A stretch of DNA of 43,788 nucleotides from assembly GCA_963646925.1 (NCBI GenBank), contig CAVIYT010000149.1, positions 1 through 43,788 on the forward strand, read 5' to 3'. Source of the DNA: Paludibacteraceae bacterium. GTDB lineage: Bacteria; Bacillota; Clostridia; Lachnospirales; Lachnospiraceae. Numbering within the stretch: position 1 is the stretch's first letter; every line of letters starts with the position of its first letter. The translations under genes were made by a program, and so were the position numbers. A model generated the notes under the pieces. It was given only the letters and a program-made list of their open reading frames with translations, made no database searches and was not told the origin of the DNA. Positions 1 to 8,863 of the stretch are shown one piece after another.

Positions 1-129
1 AAAAAGTGGATGATAAAATAAAAATACAGAAGATAAAATGTACGGATCGATCAGGAAAACAGTGTAAAATAGGGATTCAGTGGTGAATGATGAAGGAAAT
101 ACAGTTTTAAATCGGGGGAAGGTGATTGG

Positions 130-1407
130 ATGAGAAATAGAAAAGTCTGGATGCCGATGCTTGCGGCAGGGATGAGTGTGTTTTTATTTGGATGCTCGGC
201 GGGGTTTGTTCCTGTGGATAATGGCAGTGAATCGCAGACGGAAAGTGGAAAAACAGAGGCGGTGGAGACAGCGCCTGTGGATAATTTGAAAACAGAGCCA
301 GCGTATGATCCGCTTTCGGAGGCAAAGCGTATGGAGATCCGGGATGAACTGGAAACATTTGATTCCGATCACAGTTATAGGGATATGGATCCGGAGAAGG
401 CGGCTGCGTGCGGCGGTGATATTGTGGATGCCTATGAGTTTCTGGGACGGGAAACGGAAGACGGATATGGGTATGTCCTGGGATTTCGAAAAGGCAGTGA
501 GGATCCACTAAAGAATCTCAGTATATACAGTCTTGATGATGTGATCGAGGCGGATAAATGGAATGAGGACAAAAATATTTTCGAAAGAGTGTATACATTC
601 GAAAATGTTCATGAAATGTACTATACGGAATCGAAGGATATTCTCTTTTTGGTTCCTATGGAAATTGAGGAGCCGGAAGAACTCAGGAAAGCTTTTGAGT
701 ACAGTCTCTGCGGCGGTGATGAGGGAGTTCGGTATCTGGAGAGCGTGAAGGAGCGTGGTGTGCGGATGTCGCCGCCGGAGAATGGAGGTTATCTGACGGT
801 CCGCAGATTTGCAGATGCAGAAGTTTTGGAAGAGTATGTTCCGCTGACGGTGGATCAGGAGAAAGAGATTATCAGTTCGGATGAGGTCGTGGAGCCGGAG
901 GTTTATGGAAGTGATGGAATCATATATACGGCGAGTCCAGAGATCTATGAGTCAGAAAATCCGGATGAGGATGAGATCACGGTTCCGGCGCTGAGACTTG
1001 CAGAAGAGAGATGTGAGTTTCAGACGGTTGGAGCGGAGAATATGAAAGAGATCACGGGCGCGGAACTTGAAATTATTCCGGGGTACGGTGAACTGTCAGA
1101 ATCTGCAGATGATGAAATGGTGGATTCTGCGGATTCGGAAGTGGTTGGAATTTCTGAAGCGCTGTATGATCCGGTTCTGTTAAAGAGAATGGAGGAAATA
1201 CTTTCGGAGGCAGCTCCGGGAGAAGCTGGAAAATGTCCATACAGCGGGATCCTGACGCTGACGAAGTCGGATGGGACAAAGGTGACGGTGAGACTGGCTG
1301 CAGATGGGTGTGATTCCATGGTTTATGGAAGTTACAGCTTTTACCAGGCGGCTGGGGACGAAGTTGCGGAGATTTGGGATATGTTTCCTGAGTTAAAAGG
1401 AGAATAA
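130..1407 (+). CDS. Acidic lipoprotein of unknown function
   Basis: 425-aa ORF with basic N-terminus, hydrophobic stretch and lipobox FLFG-C; very Glu/Asp-rich; ends 4 nt before the next gene; no family recognised. Confidence 0.7.
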   Translation: MRNRKVWMPMLAAGMSVFLFGCSAGFVPVDNGSESQTESGKTEAVETAPVDNLKTEPAYDPLSEAKRMEIRDELETFDSDHSYRDMDPEKAAACGGDIVDAYEFLGRETEDGYGYVLGFRKGSEDPLKNLSIYSLDDVIEADKWNEDKNIFERVYTFENVHEMYYTESKDILFLVPMEIEEPEELRKAFEYSLCGGDEGVRYLESVKERGVRMSPPENGGYLTVRRFADAEVLEEYVPLTVDQEKEIISSDEVVEPEVYGSDGIIYTASPEIYESENPDEDEITVPALRLAEERCEFQTVGAENMKEITGAELEIIPGYGELSESADDEMVDSADSEVVGISEALYDPVLLKRMEEILSEAAPGEAGKCPYSGILTLTKSDGTKVTVRLAADGCDSMVYGSYSFYQAAGDEVAEIWDMFPELKGE

Positions 1408-1411
1408 GAGA

Positions 1412-3022
1412 TTGAATTACAGAAAAGAAGATCAGCCGGGAATCTTGGAGCGGCTGACGGAGTATGCGGGATCGGACGCGTATCCGTTTCATATGCCGGG
1501 ACATAAGAGGCAGGAGATCCCGGACGGGGTGCCGGGGGGATTTCCGGATCCCTATGGAATCGATATCACGGAGATCGACGGATTTGACAATCTGCACCAT
1601 GCGGAAGGAATTTTGAAGGATGCTATGGACGAGGCGGCTGCAATCTACGGGGCGGACCGGTCCTGGTATCTGGTGAATGGGAGTACATGCGGGATCTTGA
1701 GCGCGGTGTTTGCGGTGACGGAAAATGACGGGAAGATATTGACTGCCAGAAACTGTCATAAGGCGGTGTACCACGCGATCTATCTGAATCGGCTGAAGGC
1801 GGAGTATCTGTATCCGGAAGAGATCGTGGAGTTTGGGATCAACGGCGGAATCCGGGCGGAAGATGTGCGGGAGGCACTTGAAAAAGATGCGATGAAATCG
1901 GGAAGAAAACAGGCAAATGCGGAAGAAGCGGGAAATTTTGAGAATGGGGAGAATTCTGAAGACATAAGTGACTTGGAAGGCACGCATAGAAGGAAGGGTG
2001 AAATTCAGGCGGTACTTATTACATCCCCGACTTATGAGGGCGTTGTGTCGGACATTCGGGCGATTGCGGATGCGGCTCATGAGTATGGGGTTCCGCTGAT
2101 CGTTGATGAGGCGCATGGGGCGCACCTGGAGTATGCGGACCGGTGTCACAGTTTTCCAAAGTCGGCGCTGGAATATGGGGCGGATCTTGTGATCCAGAGT
2201 CTTCATAAGACGCTGCCGTGCTTTACGCAGACGGCGATCCTGCATGTGAAGAGCAGGATCGTAGATCAGGATAAGATTGCGAGATATTTGGGCATGTTTC
2301 AGACGTCCAGTCCGTCGTATTTATTTATGGCGGGGATGCAGCGGTGCATCCGGTATATGGACGGCGCTGGAAGAGATGAGATGGTCCGGTATGAGAAGCG
2401 GCTGGAGCGCTTTATGGAACGGATGAAAGGGCTGCAGGTGCTTGCGGTTCTGACACATGAGGTCTGCGGGAAGTACGAGGCTGCAGCAGGATGGGATCTG
2501 TCGAAGATCGTGGTTTCTACGGTGCATGCAAAAGAGTTTCATGGGGAAGAGCTGGCGGAGGTATTGCGGAATCAATATCACCTTGAGATGGAGATGACGG
2601 CGCCGGAGTATGTGATCGCGATGACGTCGGCTATGGATACGGATGAGGGATTTGAGAGACTGGCGACGGCGCTTGTTGAGATCGATAGAGGGCTGATGAA
2701 ATCGGAGCAGGAAAGAAAAAATTCTAAAGCTCCAGGGACCTTAGAATCAAAGATTTCACGACCGATCGAGAGAATGCCTATCTGCGAGGCGATGGATGCC
2801 AATACGGGGCGCACAGCGCTTCAGGATACAGTTGGAAAGGTATCTGCGGAGTTTGTTTATCTTTATCCGCCGGGAATTCCGATCATCGCGCCGGGGGAAG
2901 TATTTACGGAGGAGATCGTAAGGAAGATCGAGGCGTACAAGGCGGCAGGACTTCTCGTACAGGGGCCTGCGGATCCGGCGGCTGGCATGATTTTAACGGT
3001 TGCAGAGAGTAGTGGATTTTGA
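1412..3022 (+). CDS. PLP-dependent Orn/Lys/Arg decarboxylase, class I (YaaO-like)
   Basis: Motifs FHMPGHK, DITEIDGFDNLH, LVNGST, RNCHK, DEAHGAH, QSLHKT (PLP lysine), TSSPSY, YPPGIP; TTG start. Confidence 0.9.
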   Translation: MNYRKEDQPGILERLTEYAGSDAYPFHMPGHKRQEIPDGVPGGFPDPYGIDITEIDGFDNLHHAEGILKDAMDEAAAIYGADRSWYLVNGSTCGILSAVFAVTENDGKILTARNCHKAVYHAIYLNRLKAEYLYPEEIVEFGINGGIRAEDVREALEKDAMKSGRKQANAEEAGNFENGENSEDISDLEGTHRRKGEIQAVLITSPTYEGVVSDIRAIADAAHEYGVPLIVDEAHGAHLEYADRCHSFPKSALEYGADLVIQSLHKTLPCFTQTAILHVKSRIVDQDKIARYLGMFQTSSPSYLFMAGMQRCIRYMDGAGRDEMVRYEKRLERFMERMKGLQVLAVLTHEVCGKYEAAAGWDLSKIVVSTVHAKEFHGEELAEVLRNQYHLEMEMTAPEYVIAMTSAMDTDEGFERLATALVEIDRGLMKSEQERKNSKAPGTLESKISRPIERMPICEAMDANTGRTALQDTVGKVSAEFVYLYPPGIPIIAPGEVFTEEIVRKIEAYKAAGLLVQGPADPAAGMILTVAESSGF

Positions 3023-3281
3023 TACAATGAAAAGATAGAACCTAGAAAAGAAAAGCACATAAAAGATAAAAGTTTGTTCCATAGAATCTGTTTAATCGAA
3101 TAAATTTTTAACAAGAATCTTTATAACGAAAGCGAATAACTGCAAAATGTTTTTGAGAAAGTTATTCGAAACAGTAAACAGAGAATCAATTGGGCTGCTG
3201 TGAAAATTTTTATCGGATGAGCGTGTAAGGCTAATAGTTCTATTAGGTAAAACTATAAACACAGAAGGCTGAGAAAAGGAA

Positions 3282-3863
3282 ATGGGCAGGATATATTATC
3301 TTCTTGGGAAGAGCGCGACAGGAAAAGATACGCTGTATAAGGAAATTTTGAAACGACGGCCTAATCTGCGGACGGTGACGATGTATACGACACGGCCGAT
3401 CCGGGAAGGCGAGACGGACGGCGTGGAATATTTCTTTACGGACCGGGCGGAACTGGAAAAACAGGAGGCTGCCGGAAAGGTGATCGAAGAGAGAACCTAC
3501 CAGACGGTGGCGGGGCCATGGACGTACTATACGGTGGATGATGGACAGTTTGATGGTGTCGGCGATGAGTCCTGTCTCATGATCGGAACGCTGGAATCTT
3601 ATGAGAAGATGTGTTCCTACTTCGAAGCCGGAAAGATGGTTCCGGTCTATATCGAGGTGCCGGACGGCGTGAGACTCATGCGGGCGGTAAAGAGAGAGGA
3701 AAACCAGAAAAAACCGAATTACCGGGAAGTCTGCCGGAGATATCTGGCGGATGAGAAGGACTTTTCGGAGGAAAATCTGGAACGGCTGGGACTCACGAAG
3801 AGATACCAGAATACGGATATCGAGACCTGCGTGGAAGAAATCCTCAGGGATTTAGATAAATAA
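3282..3863 (+). CDS. Guanylate kinase-like nucleoside monophosphate kinase
   Basis: P-loop GKSATGKDT and GK signature TTRPIREGETDGVEYFF; lacks the canonical YGT motif. Confidence 0.75.
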   Translation: MGRIYYLLGKSATGKDTLYKEILKRRPNLRTVTMYTTRPIREGETDGVEYFFTDRAELEKQEAAGKVIEERTYQTVAGPWTYYTVDDGQFDGVGDESCLMIGTLESYEKMCSYFEAGKMVPVYIEVPDGVRLMRAVKREENQKKPNYREVCRRYLADEKDFSEENLERLGLTKRYQNTDIETCVEEILRDLDK

Positions 3864-4069
3864 CTTTTTATGGACGATGTTTTGTGGTAAGATAAGGTGG
3901 AAACACCGTTATCGATAGGAGTTCTGCTGGACAACCCAAATGAAGGGGAACAGCCGGAAGAAAACCTAAAAATAATAAGATCTGCGGAAAGTACTGAGTG
4001 TTTGAAATGCGGGCACTTGATACGGAAAGCAGGGGTGTTTTGAAACAACAAGATGAGGAGGGATGAGCC

Positions 4070-5077
4070 ATGTCAGAGGGAAAGATCACAGGATTTGAGG
4101 AAATTCTTGGGAATGAAATGGTGAAAGACCACTTTAAGAAAGCAATCGCGAATCATAAGATCTCGCACGCCTATATTCTGACGGGGGAAGCCGGTATGGG
4201 GCGGAAATCCATCGCGAACGCGTTTGCGATGACGCTGCTCTGTGAGAAAGGCGGCAGTGAGCCGTGTATGACCTGCCATTCCTGTAAACAGGTCATGAGC
4301 GGGAACCATCCGGATCTCATCTATGTAAAGCATGAAAAGCCGGGAAGCATCGGTGTGGATGATGTGCGGGAACAGATCAACGATACGATCATGATCCGCC
4401 CGTACAGCAGTTATTATAAGATCTATATCGTGGATGAGGCGGAAAAGATGACGGTCCAGGCGCAGAATGCCCTGTTGAAGACCATCGAGGAGCCGCCGTC
4501 CTACGCGGTCATCATTCTGATCACGACGAATCAGGAAGCGTTTTTACCGACGATCCTCTCCAGATGCGTCCAGATGAAATTAAAGCCGCTTAAGGATTTT
4601 ACGATCAAGAGTTACCTGACCAAGAACCTCCATATTCCGGAGAAGGACGCGGATATCTGCGCGGCCTTCGCGAGAGGCAATCTTGGAAAGGCGATCCACC
4701 TGGCTTCATCGGATGAATTCAAGGAGCTTTTCCAGAAGGTCATGGTCCTGGTGAAAAACGTGAAAACCATGGATATTTCCATGCTTCTGGACTGTATCCG
4801 GGAGATGAAAGAGCAGAACTTTGATATCGGCGAGGTGCTGGACTTAATGCAGCTCTGGTACCGGGACGTGCTCATGTTCAAGGTTACGAAGGACATGAAC
4901 CTGCTGATCTTCAAGGATGAATATAAAATGATCAATGAGACGGGTGAGAAAGTCGATTATGCCGGTTTGGAAGCGATCCTGGCGGCGATCGATACGGCGA
5001 GAACACGTTTAAATGCGAACGTAAATATGGAATTAGCGATGGAATTACTCCTGCTGACCATGAAGAACCCGTCATAA
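4070..5077 (+). CDS. holB: DNA polymerase III delta-prime subunit
   Basis: SHAYILTG, zinc-binding C..CxxCxxC (LLCEK..PCMTCHSC), HPD, DEAEKMT, AQNALLKTIEEP, TILSRC; RBS GAGGAGG upstream; position before yaaT. Confidence 0.93.
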   Translation: MSEGKITGFEEILGNEMVKDHFKKAIANHKISHAYILTGEAGMGRKSIANAFAMTLLCEKGGSEPCMTCHSCKQVMSGNHPDLIYVKHEKPGSIGVDDVREQINDTIMIRPYSSYYKIYIVDEAEKMTVQAQNALLKTIEEPPSYAVIILITTNQEAFLPTILSRCVQMKLKPLKDFTIKSYLTKNLHIPEKDADICAAFARGNLGKAIHLASSDEFKELFQKVMVLVKNVKTMDISMLLDCIREMKEQNFDIGEVLDLMQLWYRDVLMFKVTKDMNLLIFKDEYKMINETGEKVDYAGLEAILAAIDTARTRLNANVNMELAMELLLLTMKNPS

Positions 5078-5087
5078 GGAGCAAAGA

Positions 5088-5999
5088 ATGACGAAAGTAA
5101 TCGGAATCCGCTTCCGAAAAGCGGGAAAAGTATATTATTTCAGCCCTGGCGAGAATGAGATCAAGACCGGCGACCATGTGATCGTCGAGACGGCCAGAGG
5201 CGTGGAGTATGGTTATGTGGTGCTTGGAACCCACGAGGTGGATGACAAGAAGGTGATTCAGCCGTTAAAATCCGTGATCCGTATGGCGACACCGGCGGAT
5301 GAGGAGACGGAGCGCCGCAACAAGGAGAAGGAAAAAGAGGCTTTCAAGGTCTGCGTTGAGAAGATCAAGAAGCACAACCTCAGCATGAAGCTCATCGACA
5401 CGGAGTACACCTTCGATAATAACAAGGTGCTGTTTTACTTTACCGCGGACGGAAGAATCGATTTCCGTGAGCTGGTAAAGGATCTGGCTTCCGTGTTTAA
5501 GACGAGAATCGAGCTTCGCCAGATCGGTGTCCGCGACGAGACTAAGATCGTGGGCGGAATCGGTATCTGCGGAAGACCGCTCTGTTGCGCGTCCTATCTT
5601 TCTGAGTTTATTCCGGTGTCCATCAAGATGGCGAAGGAGCAGAACCTGTCCCTGAACCCGACGAAGATCTCCGGCGTCTGCGGCAGACTGATGTGCTGCT
5701 TAAAGTACGAGGAAGATACTTATGAGGAGTTAAACGGCAGACTTCCGAATATCGGTGACTATGTGACGACGGACGATGGCTTAAAGGGCGAGGTCCACAG
5801 TGTGAGCATTCTGCGCCAGCTTGTGAAGGTCATCGTGACTGTGAACAACGATGAGAAGGAGATCCGTGAGTATAAGGTGGATCAGTTAAAATTCCGCCCG
5901 AAAAAGAGGCGGGAAAAACAGTCCTCCAACGACGCGGAGCTTAAGCAGTTAGAGGCTCTTGAGAAAAAAGAAGGGAAATCAAAACTCGATGGCGATTGA
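5088..5999 (+). CDS. yaaT: PSP1-domain protein / stage 0 sporulation protein YaaT (RicT)
   Basis: RIDFRELVKDLA, RIELRQIGVRDE, CGRPLCC and CGRLMCC Cys motifs; follows holB. Confidence 0.92.
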   Translation: MTKVIGIRFRKAGKVYYFSPGENEIKTGDHVIVETARGVEYGYVVLGTHEVDDKKVIQPLKSVIRMATPADEETERRNKEKEKEAFKVCVEKIKKHNLSMKLIDTEYTFDNNKVLFYFTADGRIDFRELVKDLASVFKTRIELRQIGVRDETKIVGGIGICGRPLCCASYLSEFIPVSIKMAKEQNLSLNPTKISGVCGRLMCCLKYEEDTYEELNGRLPNIGDYVTTDDGLKGEVHSVSILRQLVKVIVTVNNDEKEIREYKVDQLKFRPKKRREKQSSNDAELKQLEALEKKEGKSKLDGD

Positions 6000-6726
6000 G
6001 TTAAAGGAAAATGAACGTCTGGATGATCTTCAGAGAAATGGACTGCAGGTCATCCAGAAGACAGATGGGTTCTGTTTTGGAATGGACGCAGTGCTGCTTT
6101 CCGGTTTTGCGGCTGTAAAGCCTGGAGAGCGGGTGCTGGACCTTGGAACCGGGACAGGGATCATTCCGCTTCTTCTTTCTGCAAAGACGGAGGGGGAACA
6201 CTTTTCGGCACTTGAGATCCAGGATGAGATCGCCGAGATGGCGGAGCGGAGTGTGAAGTTGAACCATCTGGAAGAAAAAATTGAGATCGTACATGGGGAT
6301 ATTAAGGAAGCCAGCCGGATTTTCGGAGCGGCTTCCTTTGATGTCGTTACGACAAATCCGCCGTATATGAATGATGCCCATGGACTTAAGAATCCGACGG
6401 AAGTGAAGGCGATCTCCAGGCATGAGGTGCTCTGCACGCTGGAGGATGTGGTCCGGGAAGGCGCGAAGGTGTTAAAGCCCGGCGGAAGAATGTATATGGT
6501 CCACAGACCGCACAGACTGATTGAGATCTTGGGGACCATGAAGCAGTATAAGCTGGAGCCGAAGCGGATGAAACTGGTACATCCGTTTAAGGATAAGGAC
6601 GCGAATATGGTCCTCATCGAAGCGGTCCGCGGCGGCGGGGCCTGGATGAAGGTGGAGGCGCCGGTGATCGTTTATAAGGAGCCGGGAGTGTATACGGACG
6701 AGATCTACTCAATTTATGGATACTAA
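5989..6726 (+). CDS. tRNA1(Val) A37 N6-methyltransferase (YabB-like)
   Basis: FCFGMDAVLLS, SAM motif VLDLGTGTG, NPPY, RHE; start moved to ATG 5989, overlapping the end of yaaT. Confidence 0.88.
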   Translation: MAIELKENERLDDLQRNGLQVIQKTDGFCFGMDAVLLSGFAAVKPGERVLDLGTGTGIIPLLLSAKTEGEHFSALEIQDEIAEMAERSVKLNHLEEKIEIVHGDIKEASRIFGAASFDVVTTNPPYMNDAHGLKNPTEVKAISRHEVLCTLEDVVREGAKVLKPGGRMYMVHRPHRLIEILGTMKQYKLEPKRMKLVHPFKDKDANMVLIEAVRGGGAWMKVEAPVIVYKEPGVYTDEIYSIYGY

Positions 6727-6749
6727 AAAGGCAGCAGGAGGAATTGGTC

Positions 6750-7598
6750 ATGCAGGGAAAGTTATATTTATGCGCAACGCCCATCGGAAACTTGGATGAT
6801 ATCACGCTGCGGGTGTTAAATACGTTGAAAGAGGTGGATCTGATCGCCGCGGAGGATACGCGGCACAGCATCAAGCTCTTAAACCATTTTGACATCAAGA
6901 CGCCGATGACCAGTTACCATGAGTTCAATAAGGTGGAAAAAGCCAGAGTTCTCGTCGAGAAGATGAAGGAAGGCACGAATATTGCGCTAATCACGGATGC
7001 CGGGACACCGGGAATCTCGGATCCGGGCGAGGAGTTTGTAAAGCAGTGCTATGAGGCGGGAATCGAGCTGACCTCCCTTCCGGGTCCGGCGGCATGTATC
7101 ACGGCGCTCACGATCTCAGGTATGGCGACGAGACGGTTCGCGTTCGAGGCGTTTCTGCCGTCTGATAAGAAGGAAAAGCAGAGAATTCTGGAAGAATTAA
7201 AGTCTGAGACACGGACGATCATTCTCTACGAGGCTCCGCACCGCCTGGTACGGACGCTGGAAGAGCTTCTTGAGGCGTTAGGAGACCGGAAGATCACGAT
7301 CTGCCGGGAACTTACAAAGAAGTATGAGACTGCGTTCCGGACCACGTTTAAGGGGGCTTTAGAGCACTTTGAGACGGAGGAGCCGAGAGGCGAATGTGTC
7401 ATCGTGGTCGAGGGAAAGAGCCTGGAGGAGATCAAAAAAGAAAAAGAACAGACATGGGAAGCCATGTCGATTTCTGAGCACATGGATGTCTATCTGTCAC
7501 AGGGAATCGAGAAGAAAGAAGCGATGAAACTTGTTGCGAAGGACCGCGGAATCGGGAAGCGGGATGTGTACCAGATGTTGTTGGATGAGCAGGAATAG
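6750..7598 (+). CDS. rsmI: 16S rRNA (cytidine1402-2'-O)-methyltransferase
   Basis: LYLCATPIGNL, AAEDTR, DAGTPGISDPG, YEAPHR, RELTK; AGGAGG 8 nt before ATG 6750. Confidence 0.95.
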   Translation: MQGKLYLCATPIGNLDDITLRVLNTLKEVDLIAAEDTRHSIKLLNHFDIKTPMTSYHEFNKVEKARVLVEKMKEGTNIALITDAGTPGISDPGEEFVKQCYEAGIELTSLPGPAACITALTISGMATRRFAFEAFLPSDKKEKQRILEELKSETRTIILYEAPHRLVRTLEELLEALGDRKITICRELTKKYETAFRTTFKGALEHFETEEPRGECVIVVEGKSLEEIKKEKEQTWEAMSISEHMDVYLSQGIEKKEAMKLVAKDRGIGKRDVYQMLLDEQE

Positions 7599-7671
7599 GA
7601 AGCTTAACGATATAGGAAAAATGACTTTTCATGGACTGAAAAATTGACAGCGAAGCCGCTTCCTGCAGGAT

Positions 7672-7688
7672 TTTACAAAGGTTTTACA
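7672..7688 (+). promoter_or_regulatory. Putative Pho box (PhoP-type direct repeat)
   Basis: TTTACA-N5-TTTACA (11-bp period) upstream of a candidate -10 TAGAAT at 7710-7715, in front of a phosphonate cluster. Confidence 0.5.
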
Positions 7689-7730
7689 CACGGGTTCCGG
7701 AAATTTTTGTAGAATAGAAATAGCTTATTT

Positions 7731-7778
7731 TGTAGGAGAAATACATGATAAGTGATGGAAAAATGTAGTGATTCTACA
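7731..7778. promoter_or_regulatory. Two putative RpiR operator palindromes
   Basis: TGTAG-GAGAA-ATACA (7731-7745) and TGTAG-TGATT-CTACA (7764-7778); same motif recurs at 8685-8699. Confidence 0.6.
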
Positions 7779-7790
7779 GGCGGAGGAAAA

Positions 7791-8666
7791 ATGGTAGAAC
7801 AGAAGGAATCGATCGATTATAAAATACGCAGGAATTACGCCTCACTTCGAAAGTCGGAGAAGAAGGTAGCGGACTATGTTCTGGCAAATGAGGCGGTGTG
7901 CGGGAAGATCTCGCTGGAAAAATTGGCAGCGCGGAGTGATGTGAGTCAGCCGACGGTGGTGCGGTTTGTGAAGGCGTTAGGATACCCGGGATTTAAAGAA
8001 TTCCGGTATCAGATCATAGAAGATATCGCCAATCGGAAGAGAGCCCAGCAGGAGGCCGGTTCCACATATGGATATCCGATCCAGCCGGAACAGAGCTTAA
8101 AACTGGTTCCGGTGCGGGTCGTGGCGGCGTCCGTGAAGATCATGGAAAACATGTTGAAAAGCATATCGGGAGAGGAGTTTGAGGAGACAATTCGGATCCT
8201 TTCCGGGGTGCGGAAGATCGTCATATGCGGCGTGGAAAATTCAGCCGCCGCGGCGAGAGATCTGATGATCAAGCTTATGTATCTTGGATATGACTGCAGA
8301 TATGATGCGGACAGCTATATGCAGAATGTTATGGCGGCTTCCCTGACGGAAAAAGATGTCATGATCGGAATCTCCTATTCCGGACAGTCGAAGGACACGG
8401 TAGATACCATGAAAGCGGCGAAAAAGGCCGGGGCCCGCACGATCTGCATCACGAATTTCCGCAACTCCAAGATATGCAAATGGGGGGATGTGATCCTGTG
8501 CAGCTCGCAGGAACAGTGGATGTACGGGGAGTGCATTTTCTCAAGAAGTTCGCAGATGGTGATCAATGATATGATCTACACGGGACTTCTCAGCATCGAC
8601 TATGAGAAGCGGACGCAGTACCTCGACCGCAACAGTAAGATCATCAGCAACCGCGGTTACGAATAG
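7791..8666 (+). CDS. MurR/RpiR family transcriptional regulator (HTH + SIS domain)
   Basis: SEKKVADY, VSQPTVVRFVKALGYPGFKEF (RpiR HTH), IGISYSGQS (SIS); GGAGG before ATG 7791. Confidence 0.92.
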   Translation: MVEQKESIDYKIRRNYASLRKSEKKVADYVLANEAVCGKISLEKLAARSDVSQPTVVRFVKALGYPGFKEFRYQIIEDIANRKRAQQEAGSTYGYPIQPEQSLKLVPVRVVAASVKIMENMLKSISGEEFEETIRILSGVRKIVICGVENSAAAARDLMIKLMYLGYDCRYDADSYMQNVMAASLTEKDVMIGISYSGQSKDTVDTMKAAKKAGARTICITNFRNSKICKWGDVILCSSQEQWMYGECIFSRSSQMVINDMIYTGLLSIDYEKRTQYLDRNSKIISNRGYE

Positions 8667-8669
8667 AAG

Positions 8670-8719
8670 AAAAAGAGTGTGATATGTAGTTTTGCTACAA
8701 AATATCACGCTCTTTTTTT
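8670..8719 (+). terminator. Intrinsic terminator containing an RpiR-type palindrome
   Basis: AAAAAGAGTGTGATAT ... ATATCACGCTCTTTTTTT stem with T-tract; the centre contains TGTAG-TTTTG-CTACA (8685-8699). Confidence 0.75.
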
Positions 8720-8728
8720 GTGCGGATC

Positions 8729-8756
8729 TTTACATTTACGTTACGAAAGCTTTATG
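8729..8756 (+). promoter_or_regulatory. Degenerate Pho-box-like array upstream of the phosphonate ABC operon
   Basis: TTTACA (8729), GTTACG (8740), TTTATG (8751) at 11-bp period; candidate -10 elements TAAGAT 8776-8781 or TATACT 8789-8794. Confidence 0.35.
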
Positions 8757-8863
8757 GCGATTTGATTGTTTTTGATAAGATGTGTACCTATACTTTACCT
8801 TGACAAAACGAGTTAAGAACAGGCTTTTAAAGAAAAGCGGAAAAGAAAAAGGAGCAGATCTGA

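Noticed and set aside
1073..2245. 390-aa minus-strand ORF
   Set aside because: Antisense shadow of the lipoprotein and decarboxylase genes; Arg/Ile/Pro-rich, with no motifs or RBS
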